DNA of 64,000 nt from Eledone cirrhosa (taxonomy: Eukaryota). Location: assembly GCA_964016885.1 (NCBI GenBank), contig OZ024741.1:99324001-99388000 (forward strand), written 5' to 3'. This document shows, piece by piece, positions 38,269-51,091 of the stretch. Both the position numbers and the translations under genes were made by a program. The notes beneath the pieces are model-generated. The model searched no databases, had not been told where the DNA came from, and saw only the letters and a program-made list of their open reading frames with translations. How positions within the stretch are numbered: position 1 is the stretch's first letter; every line of letters starts with the position of its first letter.

Positions 38269-41200
38269 GAGTTGGATGTGTGAACGTACGCGGCCTGGGG
38301 ATGCCCTGGAAACAGGGCAAACTCTTAAACGACCTCAGGTCGTACAGTATAGATGTAGTAGCCATTTGCGAGTCCAGGATCCACAGCGAGCGACAGCTAG
38401 CCCCCATCTTCGATGACTTTGAGATCTACGCATCTCTCTGTCGGCCGGGGGGTGGGGGCTGGGTTGCCGTTTTGCTGCGAAAACACCTGGGCCTCGTAAC
38501 ACAGACGGTACATCTGGACCCGGAGGGTCAACTGGTGGTCCTAGACGTTGACGGTAATGAAAGTGGAGCCTTCAGGCTGGTGGCTGCATATGCCCCATCC
38601 GGGACACCGCGGCCAAACTTCTTCAGACGTCTAGAGACTTTTCTCGGAACGTCCCGCTCCTTGCTTTTAGTGGGGGACTGGAAGGGAATCCTAGATGCAC
38701 GTTGGGACTATGTGGGAGCATGTCCAAATAAAGGGGGGTGTAACAGCCTCAAACAGATAATCGACTCATTTGACCTGGCCGATAGATATCGACTAGATTT
38801 TCCGACTGTGCCACTGTGGACGTGGACTAATCTCAGCGGAACATCTAGATCGTACCTAGATAGGGTTCTAGTTAGAAATAAGGATAGGGACATGTTAAGC
38901 TGTCCACAAATGTTCATGGTTGCCTATTCAGATCACAAACTAGTCACCTGTATGGCCAACCTTGATAGAACCCATAGACAAGGACCCAGCTACTGGAAGC
39001 TGAACTTGTCGTTACCGACATGCAAAGCCTACAGTAGACGGATTAGCACTTTAGTTAAACAGCACTTGACAGGGGCCATTGTCAACAACAGATGGTGGTA
39101 CTCTCTCAAGAGGGCAGTTAGATTAGACTCGTTAGTTTTTAGTAAAGAATTTGCGTTAGATAGAAATAGAACCGAGAAGGAACAGGTAGATAAAGTAGAA
39201 GAGGCAATTAGAAGTCGCAACGTAGCCAGCGTGCTAGCAACGGGAACGGCCTTGGACCAGTTCTTCGACGCAAAGCACGAGGGCTGCGTTGTCAGAAGCA
39301 AAATACGTGCTCTGGGAAACGAGGGAGCCAAAGCTGTTAGCTGGGCCCGAGTGACGGAGGCAAAAAGTGGCAACAAGTCCACGATTCGGTCTTTGAAGGA
39401 CCAAAACGGACGCGTGATACGTGAGCCGAAGCAGATGTGTGCGTATTTCAGCGGCACTTTGCTCAACTGTTCGGGCAGGGCGGCCCGCCGGGAGGGGCTA
39501 TGGAATTCGGTCCATACCTCGACGGCCTACGGCGACTCTCGGACAGCGAGACAAAGTTCTGCGAAAAGCCGATTTCAGCCGCTGAGATAGGGGACGCGCT
39601 GAGCCAATGCGGCAAACGCAAATCTCCAGGTCTCGACGGTCTACCCTACGAATTTTACGTAGAAATGCCGGACTTATTCTCCGGTCTCCTGGAAGCGGTC
39701 TACTGCAACTGGCAACAAAAGGGAGAATTCCCAGTTCTGTGACCGAGGGCGTAGTCACACTAGTCAGGAAGGACGAGAATAAGGGGGATGACATAGGCAA
39801 CTTCCGGCCCATAACTCTGATGAACACAGAGTTACAGATTTTGGCCAAGGTGTTGGCAAAGAGGCTGGCGCTTGTCGTGGAGAATCTGGTGGGAGAAGCG
39901 CAGACATGCGCAATCCCGACCAGGTCCATACACGACAACCTCCACCTCATGCGATACATCATAGAGAGGGTAGGGTGTAAACTCGGCTTCGGTGGGGCCC
40001 TGATCAACTTGGATCAGTCTAAGGTTTCGATAGGGTTGACCATCGTTACCTGGATGCGGTGCTCGAGGCGGCAGCTTCGGACCCGTGTTCAGGGGCTGGA
40101 TTGCTGAAATGCACAACAGCAACATCTGCTCAAGGGTCAAGGTGAACGGCTACCTCTCGGAGCCGTTCCATATTACGCGATCCATTCGACAGGGATGCCC
40201 TCTCTCCTCCCTTCTGTACGTACTGACTCTCGAACAACTACTGCGGAAGTTGGAGCTATTGGAGGGCATCCCTTTGGAACCGGGAGGGCGAAAAGCGGCG
40301 TCGGACTACGCCGACGACGTGACAGTAATGGTGTCGAGCACCTCGCAAATCGGGGAAGTCGGCACCTTACTGGAGGAATACGAAAGGTTCACAGGAGCGA
40401 AGCTGAACCGGGACAAGTCCATCGGTTTGCAACTCGCATCGTGGAGAGGCAAACCGATGCCTTCCGATGGCGTCGTCGGACGCTGGACGGAAGGACTGGT
40501 AAAGCTGCTCGGGGTCTGGTTTGGTCCGGACCTCCAGGTGGAGAAGAACTGGAACGAGGTGATGGCCAAGGTGTTTGCACTCACCCAGAAGTGGGCCGAG
40601 TGCAAACTATCCTTGAAAGGTCGAGCGGAGGTGGGGAACACTTTTATAGCGTCCGCCATCTACTACCGCTTGACCGTTGTGCCTTGCCCAGCCAAAACGC
40701 TCACCAAAATGGAGCGCGCGCTCTTCCAATTCCTTTGGAAGAGGCGGGCTCCTTTGGTGAGAAGATCCATCTGCTGCCAACACCCTTCCAACGGAGGGCT
40801 GGGGATGCCGTGGCTGACGATGCGCAAACACGCGCTCAGGCTGCGGCATCTCTACGTATTCCTCACCGGACAACCGGCGTCGGCCCCATTCGTGAGGCGA
40901 GCCTTCCTACGACTCGTCTCGCTGACCGAGCTGCAGTCCTGGGTCAAGCAAAGGCCAAGGAAAATGGGTGACTGGCACATCGAATGTGCTCAGGCGCTCA
41001 CAGCCCTCTGGCAGGCGGACCCGCGATCAGTGGAGACTCCACTTCGTCATTCTATAGAGGGTTGATCCGCAGCAAGTGCGACGACGCGCTCGGTGAAACT
41101 CTAGGCGTAGAGGAAGATGAATTGGCCAGTCTGTTCGGTAGGACCTTCCGCCCGGGGCCGATGGACAACTTCCAAAAGTCCCTGGCCTGGCAGTTCTACC

Positions 41201-41688
41201 GAGGAGCTCTACCAGTTCGAGACAAGCTCTACAGACATGGGCACCCGGGCAGGGACCCTGCAAAAAAGATCTGTCCGAGGTGCGTGCGAGACGAAGAAAC
41301 CGTCGCGCACGCATTCATACACTGCCCGGGTGTCACCGACCTGTGGGGCTATGTAGAACGACTATCGTCGCGGGTGGGACCAATCCGGTTGACCACCGAG
41401 TCCATTGTCATGATCAAACCGCGACCCTCCTTCAAAAACGAAGGAGAGGCGGTTTTCCTTTGTGTGATAGCTATGGCGAAAGAGGTTGTATGGTGGACAA
41501 GGTTGAAAGGGCTGAGGTCAGACACCTTTCTCTCCGGCCAACAACTGATTCTTTTTTTCAAATACCACTTTGGAAGAAGAATCAGGATGGAGAGAGGGGT
41601 GCTGTACCCCAGCAAGTTTTATGAAAGGTGGGTGAAAGTGGCGAGAATTGCCCGAGTGAATGGGCCTTCTCTCTATATCAGCCTGTAA
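38256..41688 (+). pseudogene. Tx1 ORF2, APE endonuclease and reverse transcriptase, several frameshifts
   Basis: NVRGL, GDW, YLDRVLV, SDHKLV (APE); KSPGLDGLPYEFY, NFRPITLMN, RQGCPLS, YADD (RT); C-terminal CPRC...H...C. Confidence 0.93.
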
Positions 41689-41914
41689 GTGGAAAAGAGG
41701 AAGGAACGAGGGAGCACCCTCTCTCTGTGCTCCTGAGTAGAAGGGGTTGCACACTTTTTTCGGGGTGTGTGCGACCCCCCAAACGCCCCCTCCCTATTGA
41801 GGACTTTATTGTTAATTTTATATTTGTTATTTGTTTTCTTTACTCGCCTTTTTGTGTAAACTCCCGCCTTGTATTTGTCCCCTTCTTTTGCGCCCTAGTG
41901 GCAATAAATAGAAA

Positions 41915-42192
41915 TCTATCTATCTATCTGTCTATCTCTTTCTCACTCTTTCTCTCTCGCTCTCTATCTATCTATCTATCTATCTATCTATATCTCTCTC
42001 TCTCTCTTTCTCTCTCTATCTCTCTCTCTCTCCCTCCATCTCTCTCTATATCTCTATCTATCTATCGCTATCTCTCTCTTTCTCTCTATCTCTATCTCTC
42101 TATCGCTATCTTTCTCTCTTTCTCTCTTTCTCTCTTTCTCTCTTTCTCTCTTTCTTTCTATCTCTCCAGCTCTCTCTCTCTCTCTCTATCTA

Positions 42193-42224
<32 letters not shown>

Positions 42225-42320
42225 CAGCTCTCTCTCTTGTTCCCTTTTTTTATTTCCCACTTTCTCCATTCTTTTCTTTCCGTTTTGTTCTCGATAACTC
42301 TCTCTCTCTCTTTATCTACC
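41915..42320. repeat. (TCTA)/(TC)n tract at the LINE 3' junction
   Basis: Seen directly. Confidence 0.9.
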
Positions 42321-42447
42321 TCCCTTCTATATGTCTTCTCTATAATAGATTACGTCTTTCACTTCGTTTAATTGATCAGTTTATTACTTTAAGATTGATA
42401 TAAACAAGCAAGATCTGTAGAAATTCCACATTTTATAGATGTTTTTT

Positions 42448-42752
42448 TGGTGCATAAATTTATAGATCTTCATAATATTGTCTCATTATGTTAAAGGTTA
42501 GGATAAGATCTTCGATTTCTTTCCATATTTCAGGTTGTTAAAAGTGCAACACTCGAATACATGTCATAACATGTAGAATAGTATTATAGATGTTATGTCT
42601 TCGACCTCCTTCCATAATTAGTTAGCGTTACATACGTAGACTGTAGCAGACTAAGACTAAAGAGTATATATATGGAAAGAAATCGAAGACATTATCCTAA
42701 TCTTTAACATAATGAAACTATATTACGAAGATCTATAAATGTATGCACCAGA
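42448..42752. repeat. Inverted repeat with arms of about 82 bp, MITE or fold-back element
   Basis: tggtgcataaatttatagatcttc...ttcgatttctttccata / tatggaaagaaatcgaa...gaagatctataaatgtatgcacca. Confidence 0.75.
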
Positions 42753-43001
42753 ATAAGACTAAAGTGTATAGCCTCACAACAGCATAGTATTAATTTCTAA
42801 TATTGACCACAAGATAAATATTCGGATGGTGAGGGTAATATAAAAGACAAAAATAGTATAAATGTATATTGTTTTACATTCAACCTATTATGCCACTACG
42901 CCTATCCTTGGAATATAAGATAGATATTGTTTATCTAATTTTCTTCCTTTCTCTTTGTCTGGCGACGAACTATCCTGCACGTAGCAACCCAGGGTCTGCG
43001 C

Positions 43002-43002
<1 letters not shown>

Positions 43003-43032
<30 letters not shown>

Positions 43033-43290
43033 CTTCTTCTTCTTCTTCTTCTTCTTCTTCTTCTTCTTCACACACACACTTATTTCTGGGAGGGTCGTGG
43101 GGGCAGAGTCCTCAAACACTCCTTCCAACGAGTCCTGTCAGAAGCAACCGTCTCCAAATAATCCGCCTGGGTCCCCAAGATTGACCAGCGAAGCTCATGG
43201 ATGTTATCCAACCGTCTTTCTCGGGCTCTACATCTGTGTCTCTGGCCGGTTGGTTTTGGCCGTAAAATTTGTCTGCACATTTCTGATTTG
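43003..43290 (-). mobile_element. RTE-clade LINE 3' end
   Basis: RQILRPKPTGQR...LDNIHELRWSILG...VASDRTRWKECLRTLPPRP, then (GAA)n; same family as 17150-17685. Confidence 0.8.
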
Positions 43291-43337
43291 GGAATTTTGT
43301 CCAACTGCTATCACCTTTTGAACAGATCTGGCTATCG

Positions 43338-43602
43338 GCTGTGAAGATTAAACCACCGCCTACCATTGATAAAGTAGAGCGGGTAATTTTACTCTATTTA
43401 GTGGATATGTTGAATGAAGATTTATGGTGGACACGGTTGAAAGTTTCTTTAAGACAGAGCTTTTCCCCTCTAATCAACTTCTCATCTACTTTTTCAAGTA
43501 CCACTTCAAGACGAAAGTGTGAGTGGAGACGGAGGCAAGAACTAGATGCATCAGGGCAATCTATGGTTGTGTGTGGGATGCCCCAAATTCCTCTTTGTGA
43601 CC

Positions 43603-43680
<78 letters not shown>

Positions 43681-43960
43681 ACACACACACAATCACACAG
43701 ACAGATTTTTTAGGGGTTTTTTTTTGTTTTTATTTTTGTGCTGTGCCGTTTGTTCCGATGTATTTATCATAAGGATACTGTATGGTGGACTCATCTAAAA
43801 TGTTTGAGGTCAAGAATCTTCCCCACCGGCCAAGCCCTCATCAACTTCTTCAAGTGGAACTCTCTCTCTACCCTTACCTTCCTCTTCAAGTTCCACTTGA
43901 AGAGGAAGGTAAGGTCTATGAAAGAAGGGTGAGAGCGGTCAGATTGAGAAGAGTGAATGA
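43338..43960 (+). mobile_element. Two older decayed Tx1 ORF2 C-terminal fragments
   Basis: IKPPP...LWWTRLK and VWWTHLKCLRS...GQALINFFK resemble 41410-41680. Confidence 0.65.
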
Positions 43961-44253
43961 GCCTAATCTGACCATATTTTTCTACGCACAGGCTTTTGTG
44001 TGGAGTTCTCCCTGGAATTATCCTAAAATGCAGCCCACCCCGCCCCACCCCTCCCCACCCCAACCAGCTCTTGGGGAAATGGTCCTAGCTGACATTCGTT
44101 ATTATGTTCTATTGTTATCATGAATAAAGTACATGTAACGCACTGGGGTCGATTTAATCTATTCACCCTTCCCTAAAATGGTTGGCCTTGTGCCTAAATC
44201 AGGAACAATTATTTCTAGTAGTGGTGGTGGTGGTGGTGGTGGTGGTAGTAGTG

Positions 44254-44318
<65 letters not shown>

Positions 44319-44686
44319 GGTGGTGGTGGTGGTGGTGGTGGTGGTGGTGGTGGTGGTGGTGGTGGTGGTGGTGGCACTATCAACCAACTTCTTTTCTTCC
44401 ACCACCTCATCTTCATCATCAACATCATCAATAGCAAGAAAACTAGTCTTCTCTCCTCCTTCCTCTCCTCATAATCATCATCATTATCATTACCATAAGA
44501 GTTCAAATCCCGCCGAGGTTGACTTTGCCTTTCATCCTTACGGGGTCGATAAAATAAAGTACCAGTAATGCACTGGTAATTGCTGGCCTTGTGCCTAAAG
44601 TAGAAACAATTATCATTACCATAATTCCATCAAGTATTATCCAGGTGTGCTATTAGGAGAAAGAGGGAATCTGTCATGTTGTGGAT

Positions 44687-44791
<105 letters not shown>

Positions 44792-45107
44792 TGGGTTGAG
44801 GGATCCTCTTTACAACAAGTATCTACATCCGTATTGTCGCATCACCGCACACAGTTCAGTTCAATCAACCAGCAATTTGTCATCGTGTAACATCAACTGT
44901 CACCATAAAACACTCACACAGTACGGGTCGCCCAGACACTACTACGCCACCAGTGCCGCAAATCTTACAACCACGAGTAAACGAGGGAGCTTTCACGTTA
45001 TCACTTAGCTTGCTAGAAATGAGTACCACAATCGCCCTCAATTCACACTCCTCAGCCTTAAAAAAGACACGTTGGATAATAAGGATATTGGATTGCTTAT
45101 ACACAAA

Positions 45108-45298
45108 AATAATTGTTTCTACTTTAGGCACAAGGCCAGCAATAACCCAGTGCATTACTGGTACTTTATTTTATCGACCCCGTAAGGATGAAAGGCAAAG
45201 TTGACCTCGGCGGGATTTGAACTCAGATCGTAAAGGGACGTAACTATGCTGCAAAGCATGGCGTCCGACCCTCTACCGATACTGCCAATCCACCGCCC
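45108..45298 (-). mobile_element. Major tRNA-derived SINE, young full-length copy
   Basis: A and B boxes present; approximate target duplication ttatacacaaaaat / ttacacaagaat. Confidence 0.85.
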
Positions 45299-46173
45299 TT
45301 ACACAAGAATAATACAGCATGTTTACAATTGGAATGCCTTTGATCATATGTCTACCTCACCAGACATGTTTTGGGGCTAAACAACAATTGTAACAACCTA
45401 ACAAACAGTAGTAATATCGCTGACACTATCTTAGTTCAAGCATTGAATAACGCAGAAGCCTGTCTTTTCCATCATCCCACCCTTTCAACACTCTTAACAA
45501 ACAATCTTCATATTAATTCATTAACTGTATGTATGTTCCTCTGGTTTTATAATTTCACAAATGTTTGCCAATAGAGAAAGAGCCGGTTTCTAACATAGAT
45601 ACAAGACTCTCTCATTGGGATTTACACATCAACTAGGTAGATATGTCTGCATGTCTGCATGCATGCGTGTGTGTGCAAGTATGGATGTTATTGTATGTGT
45701 GGATGTTCATATGCCTTGTATCAGTACAAGTATAAATGCAGTTATTAGATGCAGAATTATGTATGTATGTATGTATGCATGTACGAACGTATATATGTAT
45801 GCATACATATATGTATGCATACATATATGTATGGATGCACGAACGTATGTATGTATGCATGCATATATGTATGTATGTACGAACGTATGTATGTATGCAT
45901 GCATATATGTATGTATGTACGAACGTATGTATGTATGCATGCATATATGTATGTACGAACGTATATATGTATGCATGCATATATGTATGTATAATATATA
46001 AATAGATAAATACATGCCATTGTTAATTAATAAATAAATCAACTAATACCTTAACACTTCACACCAAGTAGACCATTTCGTTTTAATCATTTTCTAACCC
46101 CCAAAAAAAGAGAGAAAGAAATAAAAAGGGAAGAAAATATATTTTTCTTCCTAATAAGCGTCTCTTTCTCCGT

Positions 46174-46208
<35 letters not shown>

Positions 46209-46249
46209 CGAAACATAAATCAATTGCATGAACTCATAATCCTTTATTT

Positions 46250-46305
46250 ACTGCTATATATATTTCGATGATAGCCATTGAATGGCTATGACCTCATCAG
46301 GCAGT
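46250..46305 (-). ncRNA. Type I hammerhead ribozyme, complete core
   Basis: actgc-CTGATGA-ggtcatagccat(tca)atggctatcatc-GAAA-tatata-TA-gcagt. Confidence 0.8.
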
Positions 46306-46750
46306 TAGTCAGTTCTTAGATATGCCAGCTCTGTGTTTATAGTGTTGATTGTATCAGAGCCTTGGGACATATTCATATATGTATATATGAATTTATGTAG
46401 CTATGTATGTATTTATGTATGTATGCATGTATGTATGTAAGTATGTATGAACTTAAAACGCAACGAACCAGAACAGATACTGCAAGAAATTTGTCCGACA
46501 CGCTAATGCACTTGAACTCCGCACCGGATACTAAGTTATTATTTGTAGCCATTGACTGTGGCTAAAGTTAAAATAAGCTCAATGTATATCGTCGTAATAT
46601 TATTTTCACCATTTCGGAAACTACGGAAGACAACTCCAGTACTATTAAATATCCTCAGTGATTCACATTCATCGCCTTACTAGCTGAGATATTGCTGAAC
46701 GAAAGCCATAAGTAAATGTATAATATTGTGCAAACATATGATTGTGTGTG

Positions 46751-46781
<31 letters not shown>

Positions 46782-47454
46782 CTGTCTGTCTGTTGTCTGT
46801 GTATGTGTGTGTATCTTGATGTCTGTGTGTGTCTGTGTCTGTCTGTGTGCCTGTGTGTGTGTGTGTGTGTTTGCCTGTGTATGTGTGTATCTGTCTGTGT
46901 GTGTGTGTGTGTGTCTGTCTGTCTGTGTCTGTGTCTGTGTCTGTGTGTCTGTGTATGTGTCTGTGTGTGTTGGAACTCTCTCGGTCCAACAACGAGTCCT
47001 CCATTTGTTTGATCAACTGAACAGTTTCTTCGTGGAATTGACGTTCAAGTAACTGAGCATTCAACAGTCACGTGAACAAGCCAATTTTTTTTATCTGAGA
47101 CAATTTTGGAAGACTGAAAAAAAATATACAACAGGTTCGATATGAAGTCAAATTATTTAAATAAAAGACGAGGAAATGTTTAGAACTGAATAAAACCTTT
47201 TGTTTTTAAATAAAAATACTAAATAGCTGAAAATTAACCAGGAATGAAAAGCTTTGTTTTTAGCCAAGAAACAGCCCTAAAGAGAAAAATGAACAAAAAC
47301 TAAGAGGAAAATATAATATATCATACATAAAACATGTTTTATACACTAAAATCATATATAGATTCTCGTGAAGATTCAGTGTGAGACCTGCTGAAACGTG
47401 GTTAGTCTTTTCAATTACGAGTACAACGCATTTTTGAAGTTGAATGGACTAAAC

Positions 47455-47622
47455 CAGGGTTTACCAAACTTTTTCAAACGCGGAACCCTTTTTGGTTCAG
47501 AAACTTTTGGGGAAACCCCAAAGTCTTATACTGTTATATGGTTGTAATATAAATATACTCCTCTACCCTTTTTTCTCGGAACTCCAGATACTCGTTTGCG
47601 AGACCTACGTTAGGGACAACTG
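47455..47622. mobile_element. hAT (Charlie-like) MITE
   Basis: cagggtttaccaaac...gttagggacaactg with 8-bp target duplication gactaaac/gactagac. Confidence 0.75.
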
Positions 47623-48032
47623 GACTAGACCAACGTGAAATAAAGTGTCTCGCTCAAGGACACAATCCCTCATTGTGAATCAAATTCACGACCTCATACA
47701 ATCATGAGCCGAGCACCCTATCCATTAAATCACGCAAAATCACATGTGTACGAGTAGATGTGAAAAATTAGCATTTTTTTTAAAATATATATCACTAAGG
47801 TTAATTTTTGATGCTCATTGACTTAATTAGGCTAACACTTTGCTTACCTCTCGACATCTGTTTGACGTTTGTTACACTTTATATTAGTAAAAACTCTGAC
47901 AAGGCTGTCACATGAAAATATCTTGGGTATACTGAGTCCACAAGGATAAATACTGTGTACAGAGTCTGGCCACTGAATCTGGCATTCTCTTCCTGAACAA
48001 GACAAACTGTGAAGAAGGGAGAAGGAAGGAGA

Positions 48033-48067
<35 letters not shown>

Positions 48068-48339
48068 GGGTAGAAGAAGAAGAAGAAGAAGAAGAAGAAG
48101 AAGAAGAAGAAGAAGAAGAAGAAGAAGAAGAAGAAGAAGAAGAAGAAGAAGAAGATGGGCAGGAAGAGGTGAATACGAGAGGAGGAGGATGGAAGAGATG
48201 AGTAATGAAGAGGGGGAAGAGGAGGAAGAGGAGAGTACGAGAGGGGGAGGATGGAGAAGAGTAATGAAAATTATGATGATGAGGAGGAGGATGATGAGGA
48301 GGAGGAGGAGGAGGAGGAGGAGGAGGAGGAATACATAGT

Positions 48340-48712
48340 TTATAGTTTCTTATTGAAGCACAATACCAACAATTTGTGGGGGGGTGAAGAATATCGATTA
48401 AATCGACCCCAATGCATTACTTATACTTTATTTTATCGACTCAGTAAGGATGGAAGACAAAGCTAATCCTGGGATTTGAACTCAGAACGTAAAGGGACTT
48501 AACTCTATGGTGTCCGACGATCTACCGATACTGCCAATCCACTGCCCTAGTAGTAATTTGTTTCTACTATTGGCACAAGGCCAGCAATTACCCAGTACAT
48601 TACTGGTACTTTATTTTATCGACCCCGTAAGGATGAAAGGCAAAGTTAAACACGGCGGGATTCGAACTCAAACTGTAAAGCATGGCGTCCGACGCTCTAC
48701 CGATACTGCCAG
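48340..48712 (-). mobile_element. Two tandem major SINE copies
   Basis: Central domain and B box present twice. Confidence 0.75.
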
Positions 48713-48847
48713 TCCCTTACTGGTCACACGGTGCTTGGCATCCGACGCTCTACCGATACTGCCAGTCCCTTACTGGCCACACGGTGCTTGGCATCCGACG
48801 CTCTACCGATACTGCCAGTCCCTTACTGGTCACACGGTGCTGGGCAT
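48684..48847. repeat. 53-bp tandem triplication of the SINE head plus flank
   Basis: Units start at 48684, 48737 and 48790. Confidence 0.9.
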
Positions 48848-48924
48848 GGGGAGTATTATATACATGAAACCGAATACAGCTAGAGATTTACATTGAGTAA
48901 ATGGAACGAAATCAATAATAACAA

Positions 48925-49622
48925 AGATGATGATCGTGGTGATGATGATGAGAAGAATGGCGACGATGATGATGGCGTGGGTGATGATATTGATGATGAT
49001 AGTGGTGGTGGTGGGGGTGATGATATTGATGATGATAGTGGTGGTGGTGGGGGTGATGATATTGATGATGATAGTCATGATGGCGGGGTGATGATATTGA
49101 TGATGATAGTGGTGGTGGTGGGGGCGATGATATTGATGATGATAGTGATGGTGGTGGGGTGATGATATTGATGGTGGTGGGGGTGATGATAGTGATGGTG
49201 GTGGGAATGATGATATTGATGATGATAGTGATGGTGGTGTGGGTGATGATATTGATGATGGTGGGGTGATGATAGTGATGGTGGTGGGGGTGATGATATT
49301 GATGATGATAGTGATGGTGGTGTGGGTGATGATATTGATGATGATAGTGATGGTGGTGTGGGTGATGATATTGATGATGGTGGGGTGATGATAGTGATGG
49401 TGGTGGGGGTGATGATATTGATGATGGTGGGGTGATGATAGTGATGGTGGTGGGGGTGATGATAGTGGTGGTGGTGGGGGTGATGATATTGATGATGGTG
49501 GGGTGATGATAGTGATGATGATAGTGGTGGTGGTGGGGTGATGATATTGATGATGGTGGGGTGATGATAGTGATGGTGGTGGGGGTGATGATAGTGGTGG
49601 TGGGGTGATGATATTGATGATG
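48925..49622. repeat. GAT/GGT minisatellite (ggtgatgatattgatgatgatagtgatggtggtg-type units)
   Basis: Seen directly. Confidence 0.9.
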
Positions 49623-50605
49623 TTCGTAATGACGATCATCATAAATAATGGCGATAGTAATAATGATAAACAAGAAACCAAATCTATTTGGTTTGGCAAA
49701 CAGCCAACGGCAAAATCAAAGAATGTGTAAATTCCATCAGATCTTGTGTCTTGTGGTGGTTTCAGAGCAGGGTATGTAATGTGCTGCTGCTAAAGTCAAA
49801 CCATGTAACGTGACACATTTTGTCTTAAATTATTATAGTTTTAAGTGTGTATCTATGTTTGTGTGTGTGATGTGTATGTGTTTGTGTATGTATATATGTG
49901 TGTGTGTGTGTATGCATGTGGGGTGTAAGTACATGAAGTTGATCATGAAGAAGAGAGTGTACTCAATACTGAAAGTAGAGTGTTGTATTACACTTTATAA
50001 GATACTGGGACTTCACATATTGCAACTCCAGGGTTCAGTATTGTCCAACGGACAGTGTATTTCTTTCAACATATCTTCAGTGGAAAGGGGATAACAATTA
50101 CCGAGCTTAGTTGCTGTCTTTATGCCTCCAATAATGTATACACTACGCATTGAGTTATATTTTAATATTGAGCCACTTGGTCTATGTATCAAGCCTTCCA
50201 CTATGTACACACACACACACACGCGCGCGCACACACATACACACACATACACATACACACACATACGCGCGCAACACATTTATACACATATACAGAAACA
50301 TTGGTAAAAACATAAAATAAAAGCAGGACGCACACTCACATGATGCAACACCAATGATAGACTCGAATGATCCGTAACCACTTCTATACCACCCACCCCA
50401 ATTCCCGTGTGCCGTACTACTTACTGGCCATCCCACTTAATCCATCCTGATAAACCCTTTCCATTTTTTTTTTGTTTTTGTAAGATTACAACCACTTCCC
50501 TCTTCTGACTTTATTCTTTCTTGATAAAGGACTAACATCCGATTCGTTGAGACATTCTTTTTCCTTTTCTCAGAAGCGTGAAACTAATAAGACTTTTTAA
50601 TCTTG

Positions 50606-50658
<53 letters not shown>

Positions 50659-50700
50659 ATAAGAAACGGAGAATCAGTGGTGCTACGAATAATATTTATT

Positions 50701-50797
50701 AGACATATTACAATCGTTTCTCTGGCGACCAGCTCGAGGCACGATCGATGAAATGATCAAACCTGACTCTGAAATCGCAAGATCCTCGGATATGTCT
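50701..50797 (-). ncRNA. Hammerhead ribozyme with long stem II and a core U4C change
   Basis: agacatat-CCGAGGA-tcttgcga...tcgccaga-GAAA-cgattg-TA-atatgtct: perfect 8-bp stem I. Similar 3' halves at about 30026 (+) and 51160-51185 (-). Confidence 0.65.
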
Positions 50798-51041
50798 CGA
50801 TTCTACGAAGCAGAGTTTCCAATATATATATAGTTCCTTCTACTCTGAACAAGGTAATTTTAAGACCCGAAATATTAGGACGAAAGAACAACAGTAACAA
50901 TATAAAAAAGTGAAGATTACCAGGTAACTTGCTTTTGCGTTACCTTAATCTTACAGTCTTTTTTGTTTGCATTGCTTAGCCTCATATCACTTTCCATATT
51001 ATATATATCATATACAGTGATTCAAGCAAACTACAACATTT

Positions 51042-51091
<50 letters not shown>

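Larger units (their letters stand above)
36071..41914 (+). mobile_element. Full-length Tx1-clade (L1 group) non-LTR retrotransposon, family A
   Basis: 5' UTR, zinc-knuckle ORF1, APE-RT ORF2, 3' UTR with AATAAA followed by (TCTA)n; same 5' end as the copy at 9015. Confidence 0.93.

Noticed and set aside
40195-40971. 258-aa alternative-frame ORF and antisense ORFs within the LINEs
   Set aside because: Shadow ORFs of GC-rich RT coding sequence with no recognisable motifs.
46605-46662. Minus-strand CTGAGGA...GAAA hammerhead-like match
   Set aside because: No NUH triplet and no closing stem I or convincing stem II.
48684-48847. Possible CRISPR-like array
   Set aside because: Units are directly tandem with no unique spacers, derive from a SINE, and the context is eukaryotic.
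48830-49699. His/Pro-rich or Asp/Gly-rich ORFs
   Set aside because: Minisatellite translations open in several frames.
50055-50085. Minus-strand CTGAAGA-tatgtt-GAAA
   Set aside because: No stem I complement; likely a chance match.
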